In this document: positions 1-11,325 of the stretch, piece after piece
Layout of the letters: each line of letters starts with the position of its first letter
Numbering within the stretch: position 1 is the stretch's first letter
From: Blastocladiella emersonii ATCC 22665
Lineage: Eukaryota > Fungi > Blastocladiomycota
Length of the DNA: 64,000 nucleotides
NCBI GenBank assembly: GCA_025594325.1
Contig: JANHCV010000012.1
Coordinates: forward strand, 496,001-560,000
Reading direction: 5' to 3'
Program-made: the position numbers and the translations under genes
Notes under the pieces: generated by a model
Database searches by the model: none
Told to the model about the DNA's origin: nothing
Seen by the model: only the letters and a program-made list of their open reading frames with translations

Positions 1-1438
1 TCGATCAGTCGAGCTACGAGCGGGCCGCATGCGACTGAGATCGTGTTGATGAGAGCTTGACCAGCGTCGACATCGTCCTTGATGGCCAAGTCGCGTTGGC
101 GCTCAAGTGAATTCAGCTCGTCCTCGAAGGCCTGAACTGTGCGGCCCGCCGTGGCATCAAGTACCCACGGAGTCTTAAAGTCGCCGTACTCGACAGTACC
201 CATGATGCGACCAAGCTTGCGCTTCACTTCGTGATACGGAAAATCCGTCTCATCAAATATGGCCGCGAAGAAGGCATGGATTCCATGACGGGCGAGGTGC
301 GAGGCACTGTAGCGCGAGCAAGCGTCGAGATTCCCCTCGTACACACCGCAAGCTGAGCGCTGGCTTCCAACTCCAGTGCGCAATGAGAACTCGGAGATCC
401 ACTTTTGATGGTTGACGTACTTGGCGCGGGAAAGAGGAGTCCAAGCTGGTTCACGGCCACGCGCCCATGGCGGACGTAGAAGTGGCACCACCACAGTTTC
501 TCGACATTGACGTATCGGTCGGAAGTGTCTTGGACGGGCGCTCGCTCGGGATGAGCGTAACGATCAGCAAGACGGTGGACAAGTTGATAGACAAGAGTGC
601 CTCGGTGGAGCGTTCCGTGCTGAACAGCTGCAAGCAAGTCGCGGGCAAGCTCGAGGTCCGGGATCACCTCTTCATCGCGAGCGAGATTCGTGGCAATCTG
701 GGTGATCTCTCCAAGCACCGAGAGCGTGGATGGATGAGGTCGCGGCGGCGCCTCGGGTTCGGGCCGTGGAGCGAACGTAAACGTCACAGTTGGTGCCGCG
801 GGCGGCGGCGGCGGCGGCGGCGGCGCGACGCTGTTCGAAGCGCCCAAGGTCGCGGACGCGACCACGTCATCGATCCCGCGCGCGACGAGATCCTCGGCAA
901 GCCGTTGCCCGTCAGCAAGGAGACGCTGCATGTCCTCGCTGTATTTGGCCGCGTGTCTCACGGCCTGCGCGATGCAGCCGCGACCGGAGAACAGCGCGAG
1001 GAAGCCTTGAGCGGGGACAAGCCGACGCGACAGGAAGCGGAGCGAGGGAATGGCAGCTTGAATCGCCCATGACGCGAGTCGTCCGGACCGAAGCATCTCG
1101 CCGCCAAACTTGCGCGCGTTCCGTTTAGTCACCGTGTCGAGCTCTGCAAAGCGTTTGAGGAAAGGGTAGACGTCAAGAAGCAACCGGTCCGTTCCTGTTG
1201 CACCAAGTTGCTCGCCGTCAAGCTGACACACATGGACGAGGGGAGGACTCGCTGCGGGAAGATCGCAAAGCACCGAGTAGCGCGGCTTTGTTGAGCCGTC
1301 CTCCCCGAAGGACGAAGTACTCGACGATGAGAGGTGAGACTGCAAGTCGGGCGGTATCGTTGACGCCGCGCTCACCGTCGGCGTGGCCGCCGTCGCGGCG
1401 GCCAACGGCGGCAAGGGTGATATTTCCATGGGTTCCAT
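1..1438 (-). mobile_element. P-element/THAP9-like DDE transposase, frameshifted at ~421-435, continues off the left edge
   Basis: ORF 224..1438 reads ...KLWWCHFYVRHGRVAVNQLGLLFP. A -1 shift gives a stop-free frame to base 1: RAKYVNHQKWISEFSLRTG...AIFDETDFPYHEVKRKLGRIMGTVEYG. This matches the P-transposase pattern LPS..TL.RWLSxxxxxxG...LxFDEM...GxxDxG. No TIR identified. Confidence 0.6.
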
Positions 1439-1879
1439 GTGTTACGATGGGCGGCTAGCTACTACGTTGCCGAGAGCGCGGGCAGCGCGAGCCCATGCAG
1501 CAAAGTCATCGCTCCGGCCGCTGGTCGATGAACACGAGTCAGCCCGCCAAGCTCCAAGGCTGGTCGGGGACTGCCCCCGCCCGCACGGGCCCCCGCACAC
1601 GGGCTTCGGCGCTCAACACGAGCATCAACACGGTGCATAGAGTGATTCACGAAGCAGTCACTATATTTTGTGCGGCCAGGGAAGAGCGGAGCAGGCGCGC
1701 CGACGCGCGCGCGAAGGCCGGCGACGCGTCGCGCCACCGCGACGAGGCGCGAGACACGCGAGACAAGCCACTCGCTCCGGTTCCACCCGAATCCGGACTT
1801 GACATGTCCGGGTCGCGGCCGGGTCGGCCCCCCTGCCAGTTCATCGCCTCACCTGACCCGGCTGTCAGCCATCTCGTAC

Positions 1880-1895
1880 GTGGCGCACCGCGTCC
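1880..1895 (-). promoter_or_regulatory. Shared motif GTGGCGCACCGCGTCC (plus-strand text)
   Basis: Identical 16-mer to 5260..5275; upstream of the transposase ORF. Confidence 0.45.
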
Positions 1896-1972
1896 CGCAA
1901 CGAGTTAGGCAGATAGACAAACTTGTATTCAACAAACGATTCCTCTCCGCTTTACAACAGTCGCAGCAATAC

Positions 1973-4900
1973 TCAAACTTCCTTCGCAAAGAACTCGGTC
2001 AACTTCGGCCCCATCTCGTCCATGCCGCTGCGGCATGTCGCGTACGCGGGCAGGATCAAGACGCGCTTGAGGATCGGCCGGAGATCCTTGTACAGACCAG
2101 CATCAAACCGCGGGTCCGTCGCGGGGACCGGGTCGCGAATCGGCCGAAAGTCAAACGTGCCAAATGCAAGGCTGGATTCACTCGGGAGCGTGCACACCGA
2201 CAGCCGCCCTCTGATCGCGCGGAAGCAGTCGGCGAGGATCTGCCCGCGGCGCGTCATCTCGTCTGCTGTCAAGTCCTTTTCCTTTTCTTCCGTCATGCTG
2301 ATGCTGCACTCGAGCGCGGGCGTCGGGACCATGCTCGGGCCCGCCGAGGGGATGAAGACGGGCCGGTCGAAGAAGACGAGCAGGACCGGGTGCGTCGGCA
2401 GGCCGCAGTGCGCGACGCCGTCGTGCCCGGCCGCGAAAGCCTCGAAAATCAGTCGCGCGAACTCGACGACCTTGGCGTCAGAAGCCTTGGGCAAGTAGTA
2501 CGCGTTAAGCAAGGACATGGTGTTCTCGCTGTCGTACTCGACACGGGCCGGCGGCGGCTGCAGCGCGCGGATCAGGTCGGATGACGCGCACAACGTCGCG
2601 CGAATCGACTGCTGGCAGATGCGGCTGTCGGGCGAAGCGGGCACGCGGCGGCCGATGTGCGGAAAGGACGGCTTGAGACCGATATCACGGGCGACGCTCA
2701 AGGCGCGGCTGAGCAGCAGAGTAAGCTTGCCATCCTTGCGCGCAACCTGGGCCTTGCCGACGCGCACGGGGCTGGTCACGCGCATGGACTGGCGCACGCC
2801 GTCGACAAGCAGCGTCGCGGCGCCCTCCCCGTTCATGACGTCGTACCGCTCGGGGAACGTAAACTTGGTCTGCGCACCCGGCATGAAGGTCAGCGTGAGC
2901 GCAATCTGGTTCTCGTGCTCGACGGCACGGTCGACGGAAAGCGGCCACGAGTGAGCGATCGGCGGGCGGGACCCGATGAGCCCGCTCAAGAGCGGAATAA
3001 ACGGCTTGAGCGGGGCCCGCGAGTGGATCGCAGAAGGCAGCGGGAACCGTTTCCCGCCCATGAGTTCGCGCTTGGCGTTGGGGTCGGTGCCCCACCCGAT
3101 CTCTTCGCGGAACACGCCGACAGTGGCGCCGGACGGCATCGTATCGCGCAGAACCCCGGGAATCGCGGCGCGGATGCGCAGACGCGGCGAGTCGCCGTAA
3201 ATCGGCTCGACGTGCAAGCTCTCGAGGCGAAGCGTTGCGTCAAGCCAGCGTACTTCGAGCGCCAGGTACGACGGCGGCCAGCTCGGCCCGTCGACGGGAA
3301 CCGTGACCTCGAGGCGATCGTCGGTGAACGACGACTCTCGCACGCGCCGGAAGCCGTAGCGCAGCATCGAAGACATGAGGTCAGCGAGCCCAGTTGGGTC
3401 TTTTGAGTAAGGCGCGGGAATCTGCAGCACAAGTGCAGCGGCCTCGGGCCACTCGGGCGACGAGTGAAGCGCGGACCCGGACGCGACGATGCGACCGCTC
3501 GCAAAGGCGTAACCAAGCAGTTTGGGCAGGAACGTTTTCGTCGTCACGAGTGGGCCTACACCAAACATTGTCAGTACGCTGGCCGAACCGAACCGAGCGC
3601 GGTCAAAACGTACCAAACGGCGTCCCCTGGGCAAAGTATTTGGCGCAGTTGAGCAACGTCTCGAACAAGAACGTCGAGTCGGTGAGCGACGTGGGCACAG
3701 TCGGGTGCGGGAGCTTGGCGAAAGTAAGGTATCGGACGGGGGAGTCCGTGAGGTGCTTGCGGCTCCAAGCGAAGCGCTGGTACCACGTCTCGCTCGCCAG
3801 CGGATCCGAGCTCAGCATCTCGACAAGCGTCACACCAAACAGGGCCGGGTACGCTTCGTAGACCAAGCCCGTCATGTTGAGCAAGTAGTCCTTGAAGTCG
3901 TGCTCCTCCGTCTCCTTGGCCGTCGAGTACGCAAGCAGGCGCGCGCGGTCGGCGAAGCTGTCGTTGTGGCGAAGCAGCGCGCAGCCGTGAATCAGGATGC
4001 TGAGCAGGCCGCACGAGTCCATGAGATTATTCGTATCAACGACGTCGTAGCGCATCGCCGAGTCGGCCGCGAGCTCCTCCATGACGGCGACCGCGTGGCC
4101 GTGGGCGAACGAGAAGCGGAAGCGCGGACTTGACCCGCGCAGGCCGGCGCGAAGGGCAGCGACCCAGTCGGTGATCTCGGCAAGCATGACCGATTCGGGC
4201 GAGCCCTGCTTGATGAACAAGTCAAACGAGTCGGTTGGCAGGGTCGAGGCGTCAATGGCATAGTACGCGATGCTGTCGTAAGAGATCAGAAGCATGGTCG
4301 GGTTGACAACGGGCTCTTGGACCGGGCGAGCTCGACCGCCGACCGTAAACGCGCTCGACCCGGCAAGCCGCTCGAGATTGCACGCGATCCGCGCCGACTC
4401 GGCGTCCTCGAGAACGCCGGGGTATTGCGCGTGTACGCCGTCCATGAACTCGACCGCGTGCTTGGCATATTCTTGATCAGCGCTAGACGCGGCGCCCGAA
4501 CTCAATTCGATGTGCTGCTCGCGCTTGGCGAGAAGCGTGTCGACGGGCCACTCGACGTCGAGCCACGCGCGCCAGCAGCGGCGGAGTTCGGAAAGCGTCG
4601 AGCTGTTCAACACGCGGAGCGCCGAGTTCATAGGCACGTTGGCCCAATCCTTTTCGATGCACGCGCGGAGCTGGCCGTTCCAAAAGTCGCGAACGTTCGG
4701 GTCGAGGACCACCGAGTACCACAGCTGCCCGACGTAGCGGGCGAGCGTGTCCGTGTCGAGCTCGTTCGGAAGCGTGTTGGCGATGGCGTGGAGGATCAGA
4801 AAGTTGCGCGCAAGGACCTCCGGCTGCTGGTCATTGAGCGTGAACGAGAAGGTTGCGATCGCGCCCTTGGCGGCCGCCTCGCACACGGTGCGCGCGACTT

Positions 4901-5156
4901 CGGCCAAGTCGCCGCAGCCGCACACGAGCGCCTTCAAGACAAGCCGCGTGCACGAGTCGTGGTAAAGAAACAGGTCGCGCGGCGGCAGGCGGCGGAACGG
5001 GCGGTACGTGTCGACGCGGTTCCCACGGTACGGCGTGCGGCACGTCAGCATCAACGGCGCCGACGGCGCGGGCGGCTCGTTCATAATAGCAGAACTAGAG
5101 GTGGATGATGCATTGCCGCCAGTTGCGGGCTTTTTCGGTCGCGGTCTTGCCTTCAT
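1973..5156 (-). CDS. DUF4470-family protein (SAM-methyltransferase-like), copy 1, intact, ~1040 aa
   Basis: ORFs 3603..5252 and 1973..3634 are joined by a phase-1 intron 3556..3613 (GTACGT..TACTGAC..TGTAG). Motifs LVCGCGDLAEV, NDQQPEVLARNFLIL, YDVVDTNNLMD. ATG at 5156 (MKARPRPKKPATGG). Confidence 0.8.
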
Positions 5157-5259
5157 GGTGTGTGGTTCGGGGAGAGCAGACGAAACGCGCGGCGACCTGC
5201 AGCGTTGACGATCCGCGCGCTCTGCTGACTCACCTGCCACTTCGCTCAGCACTCATGCC

Positions 5260-5275
5260 GTGGCGCACCGCGTCC
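5260..5275 (-). promoter_or_regulatory. Shared upstream motif, DUF4470 copy 1
   Basis: gtggcgcaccgcgtcc, ~104 nt from ATG. Confidence 0.55.
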
Positions 5276-5364
5276 ACCGAGTGTTCAGAGGATGTCACTC
5301 AAGCGAGCGCGAGTACGCAAACACTGCTACATTGACTAAACTGAACAAAACGATCCGACTCGAT

Positions 5365-7184
5365 CTACACAGCGTACGGCCGCTTGTTCAAACACTCGGC
5401 CATTCGGACGAGCTTGAACCCGTTCTCCCGCGAGATGCGGATCGCGCTCGGCGCCACGGCTCCCGTGTGGTCCTGGATGTCGTGGGCGAGGAGCACCCAG
5501 CTGCGCTGGCTCGGGTTGCGGACCCACGAGCGGTAGTACTGCTCGATGCCCTCGACGGTCGCCGACGCCTCCCAGTCGCTCGTGTCCGAGTTCCACACCG
5601 ACACCGTGTACCCGAGCTCGCCCGCGATCAGCTGGTAGCTGGCCGCCGTGATGATCCCGTACGGCGGGCGGAAGAAGCGCGGCGTGAGCCCGATCGCCGC
5701 CTGAATCGCCGCCTCGGTGCGCGACATCTGGTCCCGGACCTGCAGCAGCGTGAGGGTTGAAATGTCGAAGTGGTCATAGGTGTGATGGGCTACCTGATGG
5801 CCCTCTGCGACTGCGCGCTGCGCAAGAGCCGGCTGCGCGGCCACGTTCTTGCCGAGCCAGTAGAAGGTCGTCTTGGCGCCCGCCGCGAGGAACGCGTCGA
5901 GGATCCGCGCGGTCCCCACACCCGGCCCGTCGTCGTACGTGATAGCGAGCATTCCCGGCCACCCGCAGCTGTTGAGCTCACCGTTGGGCCCGAGCTCGAA
6001 GTTGGGCGCGGGCAGGTCGGTCGCGGGGGTGAAGGTGCGCGGGTCCGCGACGGGCGTCGGCAGGTACGCGAGCGCGACGCCGTCGACGGTGGTGAGCCCG
6101 CACCCGGGCAAGCCGACAAACACCTCGCCGTCGCACTGCGACTTGCACCCGAGCGCCTTGGCGCAGTTGGCGACGCCCGACGAGCACCGGTTGTTGGGCC
6201 CGCAGCACACGCCGCCGGGGCACGCCTGCGTCTCGGAGCACGGCACGGCGTTGGTCGGGAGCAGGCACACGCCCGCGGCCGGCGTCACGGTCTTGGTCGG
6301 CGGCAGCGTGATGGGCGTGACGGTCGTCGAGCCGCACTTCGGGAGGCCGGCGACCGCCTTCTTGTCGCACTGGCCCTGGCACCCGTTGCCGCAGTAGTCG
6401 GCCGTCGTGCCGCACCACCCGGCCAGACTGCAGCACTGGCCCGACGGGCACAGCTGGAGCGCCGAGCACTGCTTGCTCCCGACGGGCATGATGCAGCGGC
6501 TGCCGAGCGTGAAGGTGCTCGTGGGCGCGGCGGTCGTGGTGGTGGTGGTCGTAGTCGAGACAATAGTCGTAGTCGTGGCCGAAACGGTGGAAGAGACCGT
6601 CGCGGAGCGGGTCGAGGTCGAGGTAGTAGCGGGCGCAGTCGAAGACGAAGCCGAGGACGACGACGCCGCGCCGCAGGTCGGGAGACCCGTCACGGCCTTC
6701 TTGTCGCACTGGCCGAGGCAGCCGGTCCCGCAGTGGTCGACCGTGGTCCCGCACCAGCCGTACGGGCTGCAGCACTGGCCGCCCGGGCACAGGCGCGTCG
6801 CCGAGCACTGCGTCGAGCCGGCGGGCAGGACACAGCTGCCGGCGGGAACGGGCACAGTGGTCGGGGTGACGGAGCAGGTGGCGAGGTTCGGGATGGCGAC
6901 TCTGTCGCACTGGCTCAAGCAGCCTACGAAGGGACGAACGACGACGGGATCGTCGTCAGTTGATCGAGCGCACTACGTTGCGACGACGCGATCGTACCGG
7001 TGGCGCAGTGCGCCGTCGTGGTGCCGCACCAGCCGTACTGCGAGCAGCACTGGCCGCCAGGGCACACGTTGAGCGCCGAGCACTGCTGCGTCGACGAGGC
7101 GAGCACGCACTGGGTCGACTGCGCGAGCGCACCGGTCGTGGCGAGGCCGAGGACGGCCAGGAGGGCAACCAGGTGCTGCCGCAT
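5365..7184 (-). CDS. Secreted chitin deacetylase (CE4/NodB) with four CBM18 modules and a Thr-rich linker
   Basis: Signal peptide [15 protein letters not shown]; intron 6924..6997; CCSxYGWCG modules; CE4 motifs TYDDGP, HHTYDH, RPPYG, DTSDW, LLAHD all present. Confidence 0.92.
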
Positions 7185-7662
7185 CGTGCGATCTAGGTAT
7201 GCGAGTGGTGTGCGAGCAAGGAAGGGGGAGAGCGACAACGGTCGGTCGGCAACTCTGTGGCCTTGGCTGCCACCCGACCTGCGGAGGACGAGTTGCACCG
7301 AGTTTCGCGCGCTCGTTTAGAGTTTCGCGGTCCGAAACCTCCCACGTGGGTCCTTGAAACCCTCGGAAATCGAGGGCGCCACGAAACCGCGGTGCGTTTC
7401 AGATCAGACTGCGGGCGCGTCGAACGCAAGCGACGCGATTGGGCGTCCCTGAACAGCCCCCAATCGCCCGCCCGCCTGAAGATCGTCCCTGCGTGGCCTT
7501 GAGGCACTCGCTCCGAGCTCCTCGAAGTCACCGAGCTGCTGTTGCTCTGCCGCGGCCCAAGTCCGCCTTCAGACTCTTTCGACCTGCACTCCCGTGTCCG
7601 AAGTGCCCTGGCTCCGGCGTTGCCACCGGACGGGCGTGATGCCTCGCGAGTGTCTCCTCCCG

Positions 7663-7687
7663 GAGACGCGTTGCGATATCATGTGAC
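7663..7687 (+). promoter_or_regulatory. Shared upstream motif plus E-box-like site, plus-strand gene 7767
   Basis: gagacgcgttgcgatatcatgtgac; orientation follows gene strand; ~90 nt from ATG. Confidence 0.55.
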
Positions 7688-7766
7688 GGTCCCGAGCGCA
7701 CCGGAACGCGCTTTCCCATCCGAGCAACCGCGCGTTCGCTTCGCTCACCCCCACAAATCGTGACCC

Positions 7767-9995
7767 ATGCAGTTAACAATGAAACACTTCATGCAACGGG
7801 ACAAGCAACCGTCGGAAAAGTCGCTGCTGTTGTGCTTTGGCGATCTCCCGACCGAACTTGCGATTATGGTGGTGCAGCTCGCGCAGCCTCGCCTCGCTCT
7901 CGTACCAGCGTCACGCGCTATTTACGCTTTGGCTTGCGATTTCCACGTTCTCGCGCCTTGGACCCTTGGCGAAGTCTCCCGTATCGATTCAGCTTCATGT
8001 TCGAGCGCTGCAGCTTCATGTTCGAACGCGTGGGAGTCCGCAATTACTGCGGTCCATTGGACACGGGCGAAGCCTTCAAAGTCGGATCGCAAGACCCAAT
8101 CAATCACGCTTGCCGCTTACCGCGCTCGCTCCGAGTCGTTGATGCGCGCCCTCGTCGTGTGCGCTGGAGCACGGCCGATCCAGGACATGAACCTCGATCT
8201 TGGCGAGCTTACTGCCAAGGCTCAGGATACCTCCGTAGGCAAGCTCTACCGGCACCCATTGGCTGTCCACATCATCGTTGCCGTTCGTGCGGTCCAGGCG
8301 GGTCACACCCTGCTTGTTACCGACGTTCTCGCAGGGATTCAGTCCGGATGGCCGCAACTGCTCACGCTGACTTTGTCCTGGTTGGATTGGGCCGACGCGC
8401 TACTAAGGCTTGGGCTTCCCATCAACGAGTACTCGGAGCTTGACAATTTGCCCAGGTTCGTGGACGTTCTTGCCTGCTTCGCCGTCAAGTACTGGGAGCC
8501 CGACACGCTTTGGCTGCTCCTATCTCCACAATACGGCGTCGATCCGCGCAAGCTCGTTGTAACGCTGTTTTCGCCCGACATGGCTGACTGGGTATTTTGG
8601 AACATTGCGGAATCTCACCCGACGTGCGAAAACGTTGCCACTGTCATCAGCTGGCTTTTTACGCAGGGTTGGACGAATGTCGACATGGGTACCACCACGG
8701 CACTTAAGCAAGTTGCCGTCGTGAGCCCTTCCGCCTTTGCTCTGCTCTTGTCGCGATCGCGAGATCCGGTTGAGGCGGACCTGAATAGCCTTGGCCGATC
8801 CGAGTTTTCTTGCCACTTGTCTCGCCATTACGCCAACTCCGGATTCTACTGCCTTGACGACGTCCTCTCACTGCTTCCATTCGAGATCCTTGAGAATGAG
8901 TATTTCGCGCGTATGGCTATCGCTGGCCTGAAGGATCGAAATCCTGAAGTAATTGAGAAAATCCGAGGTTTACTTCTTCCGACCGAAAACACGTGGGACG
9001 ATGTACTCGTCAAAGGTTAGGTTTTTTCTTCACACTTGGCGGAGGTCATCGCTGTGGACTCACCCGCGTCGCTTGTAGCATTTTCTCTTGCCTGCAGAGC
9101 AACCCAGTCCTGCTCGTCCGTCCTTGACGGCCTTATCCACTTGGCCCGCACTTCAGGTGTGGCAGATCCGCTTGAACGCTTTGCCGTCGACACATCCAGT
9201 GAAGACAGGGATCATGGTCCAATCAAACGCTTTGCGTCACTTCTCGCGCTTCTCAAGTCGGAAGCGCGGACGGCTGACCCGCTTGACGTGCTCGCTGTTG
9301 CAACGGGCCTGCTCACGATCAAACTGGACACAACTGACACTCCTACACCGGATGTCTCACGCGCTATCTCCCAGTATGCCACCGTGATTCTGGGAAATGT
9401 GGAGACCAAGGATCGCGCCCTCGACATGATACGCGAATCGGGTGCGACGGTTCCAATACACTGCGCAATGCTTGCGTCCCACTTTTCCTCCCACGCCAGC
9501 TCCGCCCTCGCAAACCCGGATTCTTCCTTGGAGCTCTGCACCGCTTGCCCGCATTCATACCAGAGCGCTTGGCGCAGCGCCTTCGCGTCGCTACTTTCCC
9601 TCAACGCCCCGCTCTGCTTCAAGGCCAGCGCTCTTGTGAGCTTGTTGAAGTCAGTCAAAAAAGAGCACGCACTGGCGCTGGACCACGAAGCCGCTAACGA
9701 GTGCTGTGCTACGGGCGGCACGTCGCGCTTCATCGTGGGCGCACTGCTGGAAAAGCGCCCGACCCTGCTGTCGAGTATATTACTCGTCTTCTCACCAGTT
9801 TCGCCAGCATTTACAAGTTTGATCCCGAGCGGGGCATTGCGCGGCGTGCTTGATGAAGCCAGCGTACGCAAAATTGCGAACAAGCCGGGGTATCCAGCAG
9901 CGCAGCTCCGGGAACTGGAGCGCGTTTCGGGCATGCTGAGCCCCGAGCACTACTCTCCAAGCGCGGAGGACGGTGACATGAGCCAGGCGACTTGA
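7767..9995 (+). CDS. Unknown ~720-aa helical protein with F-box-like leader (LPTELAIMV) and degenerate ankyrin-like segments
   Basis: ORFs 7767..9020 and 9036..9995 share a frame. A 63-nt candidate intron 9016..9078 (GTTAGG..ACTCAC..TTGTAG) removes the single TAG and keeps the frame. Confidence 0.55.
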
Positions 9996-10016
9996 CTGCG
10001 TTTGGTACCCGCCTTC

Positions 10017-10039
10017 GACGCGTTGCGCCACTCACGTGT
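10017..10039 (+). promoter_or_regulatory. Shared motif plus E-box, plus orientation
   Basis: gacgcgttgcgccactcacgtgt. Confidence 0.5.
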
Positions 10040-10288
10040 ATTAGCGGCGCGTTTCTCGTGCAAATGAATATGAACCAACCCGTGAACACGGACCCGCAAA
10101 TTCCTTGAAGACAATCTTGAACGTTTTCTTGAGTGCCCTTGTCCTCCTCACATGGTTCCCTTGGTAGGGTACGCCTCGAACCTTGACCGAACCGTATCCA
10201 TCCGGCTCGCCGCGAAGAGTCTCTCGCACTTTAGCACCCCCGAAGGTGCTTGCCTGCTTGAGTATTCCACTAGTTCACTGGTGCACGC

Positions 10289-11002
10289 TTAGTACTGACA
10301 GCTCAATCGGCCGCGCTTGCTAAGCATCGACTCGACAGAGCAGTCAACGTCGAGCCAAGCACGCCAGCAGCGCTGGAGCTCTTGCTGAGTCCCGATGTTG
10401 AGAAAGGCGAGCTGGGAGGGGGCAGGAAGTGTACTCCAATCCTTGTCGATACACACGCGCAGCTGGCCGTTCCAACATTCACGAACCTTGGGCTCGAGCA
10501 CGGGGGAGTACCAGAGCCGACTGATTTAGCGATTAAGGGCATTTGTATCGAGCTCGATTGGCGAGATGGTGGCGATGGCGTGAAGGATCAGCATATACCA
10601 AGCAAGAACCTCGCGCTGCCAGTCGTTCAGCACAAAGTACATCTTGGCCTTTGCATCCTTGGCCGCGGCCTCGTACATGGTACGAGCGACCTCGGCCAAA
10701 TCATCACAGCCGCAGAGAGGCGCTGTGAGCTCGGGTCGCGTGCTCGAGTCATGGTAGAGGAAGAGATTGCGCGGCGGAAGATGCCGAAACGACGAAAGCT
10801 CTCCACGCGATGCCCGCGGTAAGGCGTGCGGCAAGTCAAGGTGAACGGCAGCGGCGCGTCGGCCCAATCCATGATGAGCATGCGGGGGTTTCGCGAGCTT
10901 CTCTGCCGATGCTCCCGCAGGTAGAAGAATGGATGTTTCGTAGTATGCCAGCAATTTGCTCTCAGTTAGGGCTGCATTAGATTTCTTATTCGACGGATCC
11001 AT
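10289..11002 (-). pseudogene. DUF4470-family 5' fragment (copy 5)
   Basis: Homologous pieces LTCRTPYRG, LCGCDDLAEV, NDWQREVLAW, RLWYSPVL. Two frameshifts (~10880, ~10790), in-frame TAA at 10526, truncated near 10289. Confidence 0.8.
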
Positions 11003-11071
11003 GGTTGCGAGTGGGGGAGCGTGAGAACCGGCTCGGCGCTTCCAAGACTTCGGTCCGCCAGCCGCCCGTGA

Positions 11072-11096
11072 TCACATGATGTGTGGCGCAACGCGA
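11072..11096 (-). promoter_or_regulatory. E-box-like site plus shared motif, DUF4470 copy 5
   Basis: tcacatgatgtgtggcgcaacgcga, ~80 nt from ATG. Confidence 0.55.
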
Positions 11097-11325
11097 TCAA
11101 GGCGCGCTCGGCGACTTGCCGGCTGCCCGCCGCGCCAGCACCATGCCTCAACCTCAAGTGCTCCACGGAGACCAAGCTCCGGCGAAGGTGATAACACAGC
11201 ACGAGCGGCACGAAGTGGGATCCTTGGAGAGTCGATTCAGCGCGCAGAAATCCATTCGCGACCGGCGCCCACTTTCTCTACACAACCAGCAATGATTTAT
11301 GTTTCGATGAACACGGAAGGAAGAA

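Noticed and set aside
421-435. Programmed -1 frameshift at TTTCCCG
   Set aside because: The heptamer is in the wrong phase and C-rich; a simple indel is more likely.
1450-1970. Terminal inverted repeat of the P-like element
   Set aside because: The partner end lies outside the window, so no TIR or TSD can be supported.
1973-5252. DUF4470 loci as two-gene operons or programmed frameshifts
   Set aside because: A GT-AG intron at the same codon position in four copies joins the ORFs in frame.
10041-10229. Small minus-strand ORF (VKVRGVPYQGNH) as a ribosomal-like peptide
   Set aside because: No ATG start or recognisable family; it overlaps a more plausible plus-strand relic.
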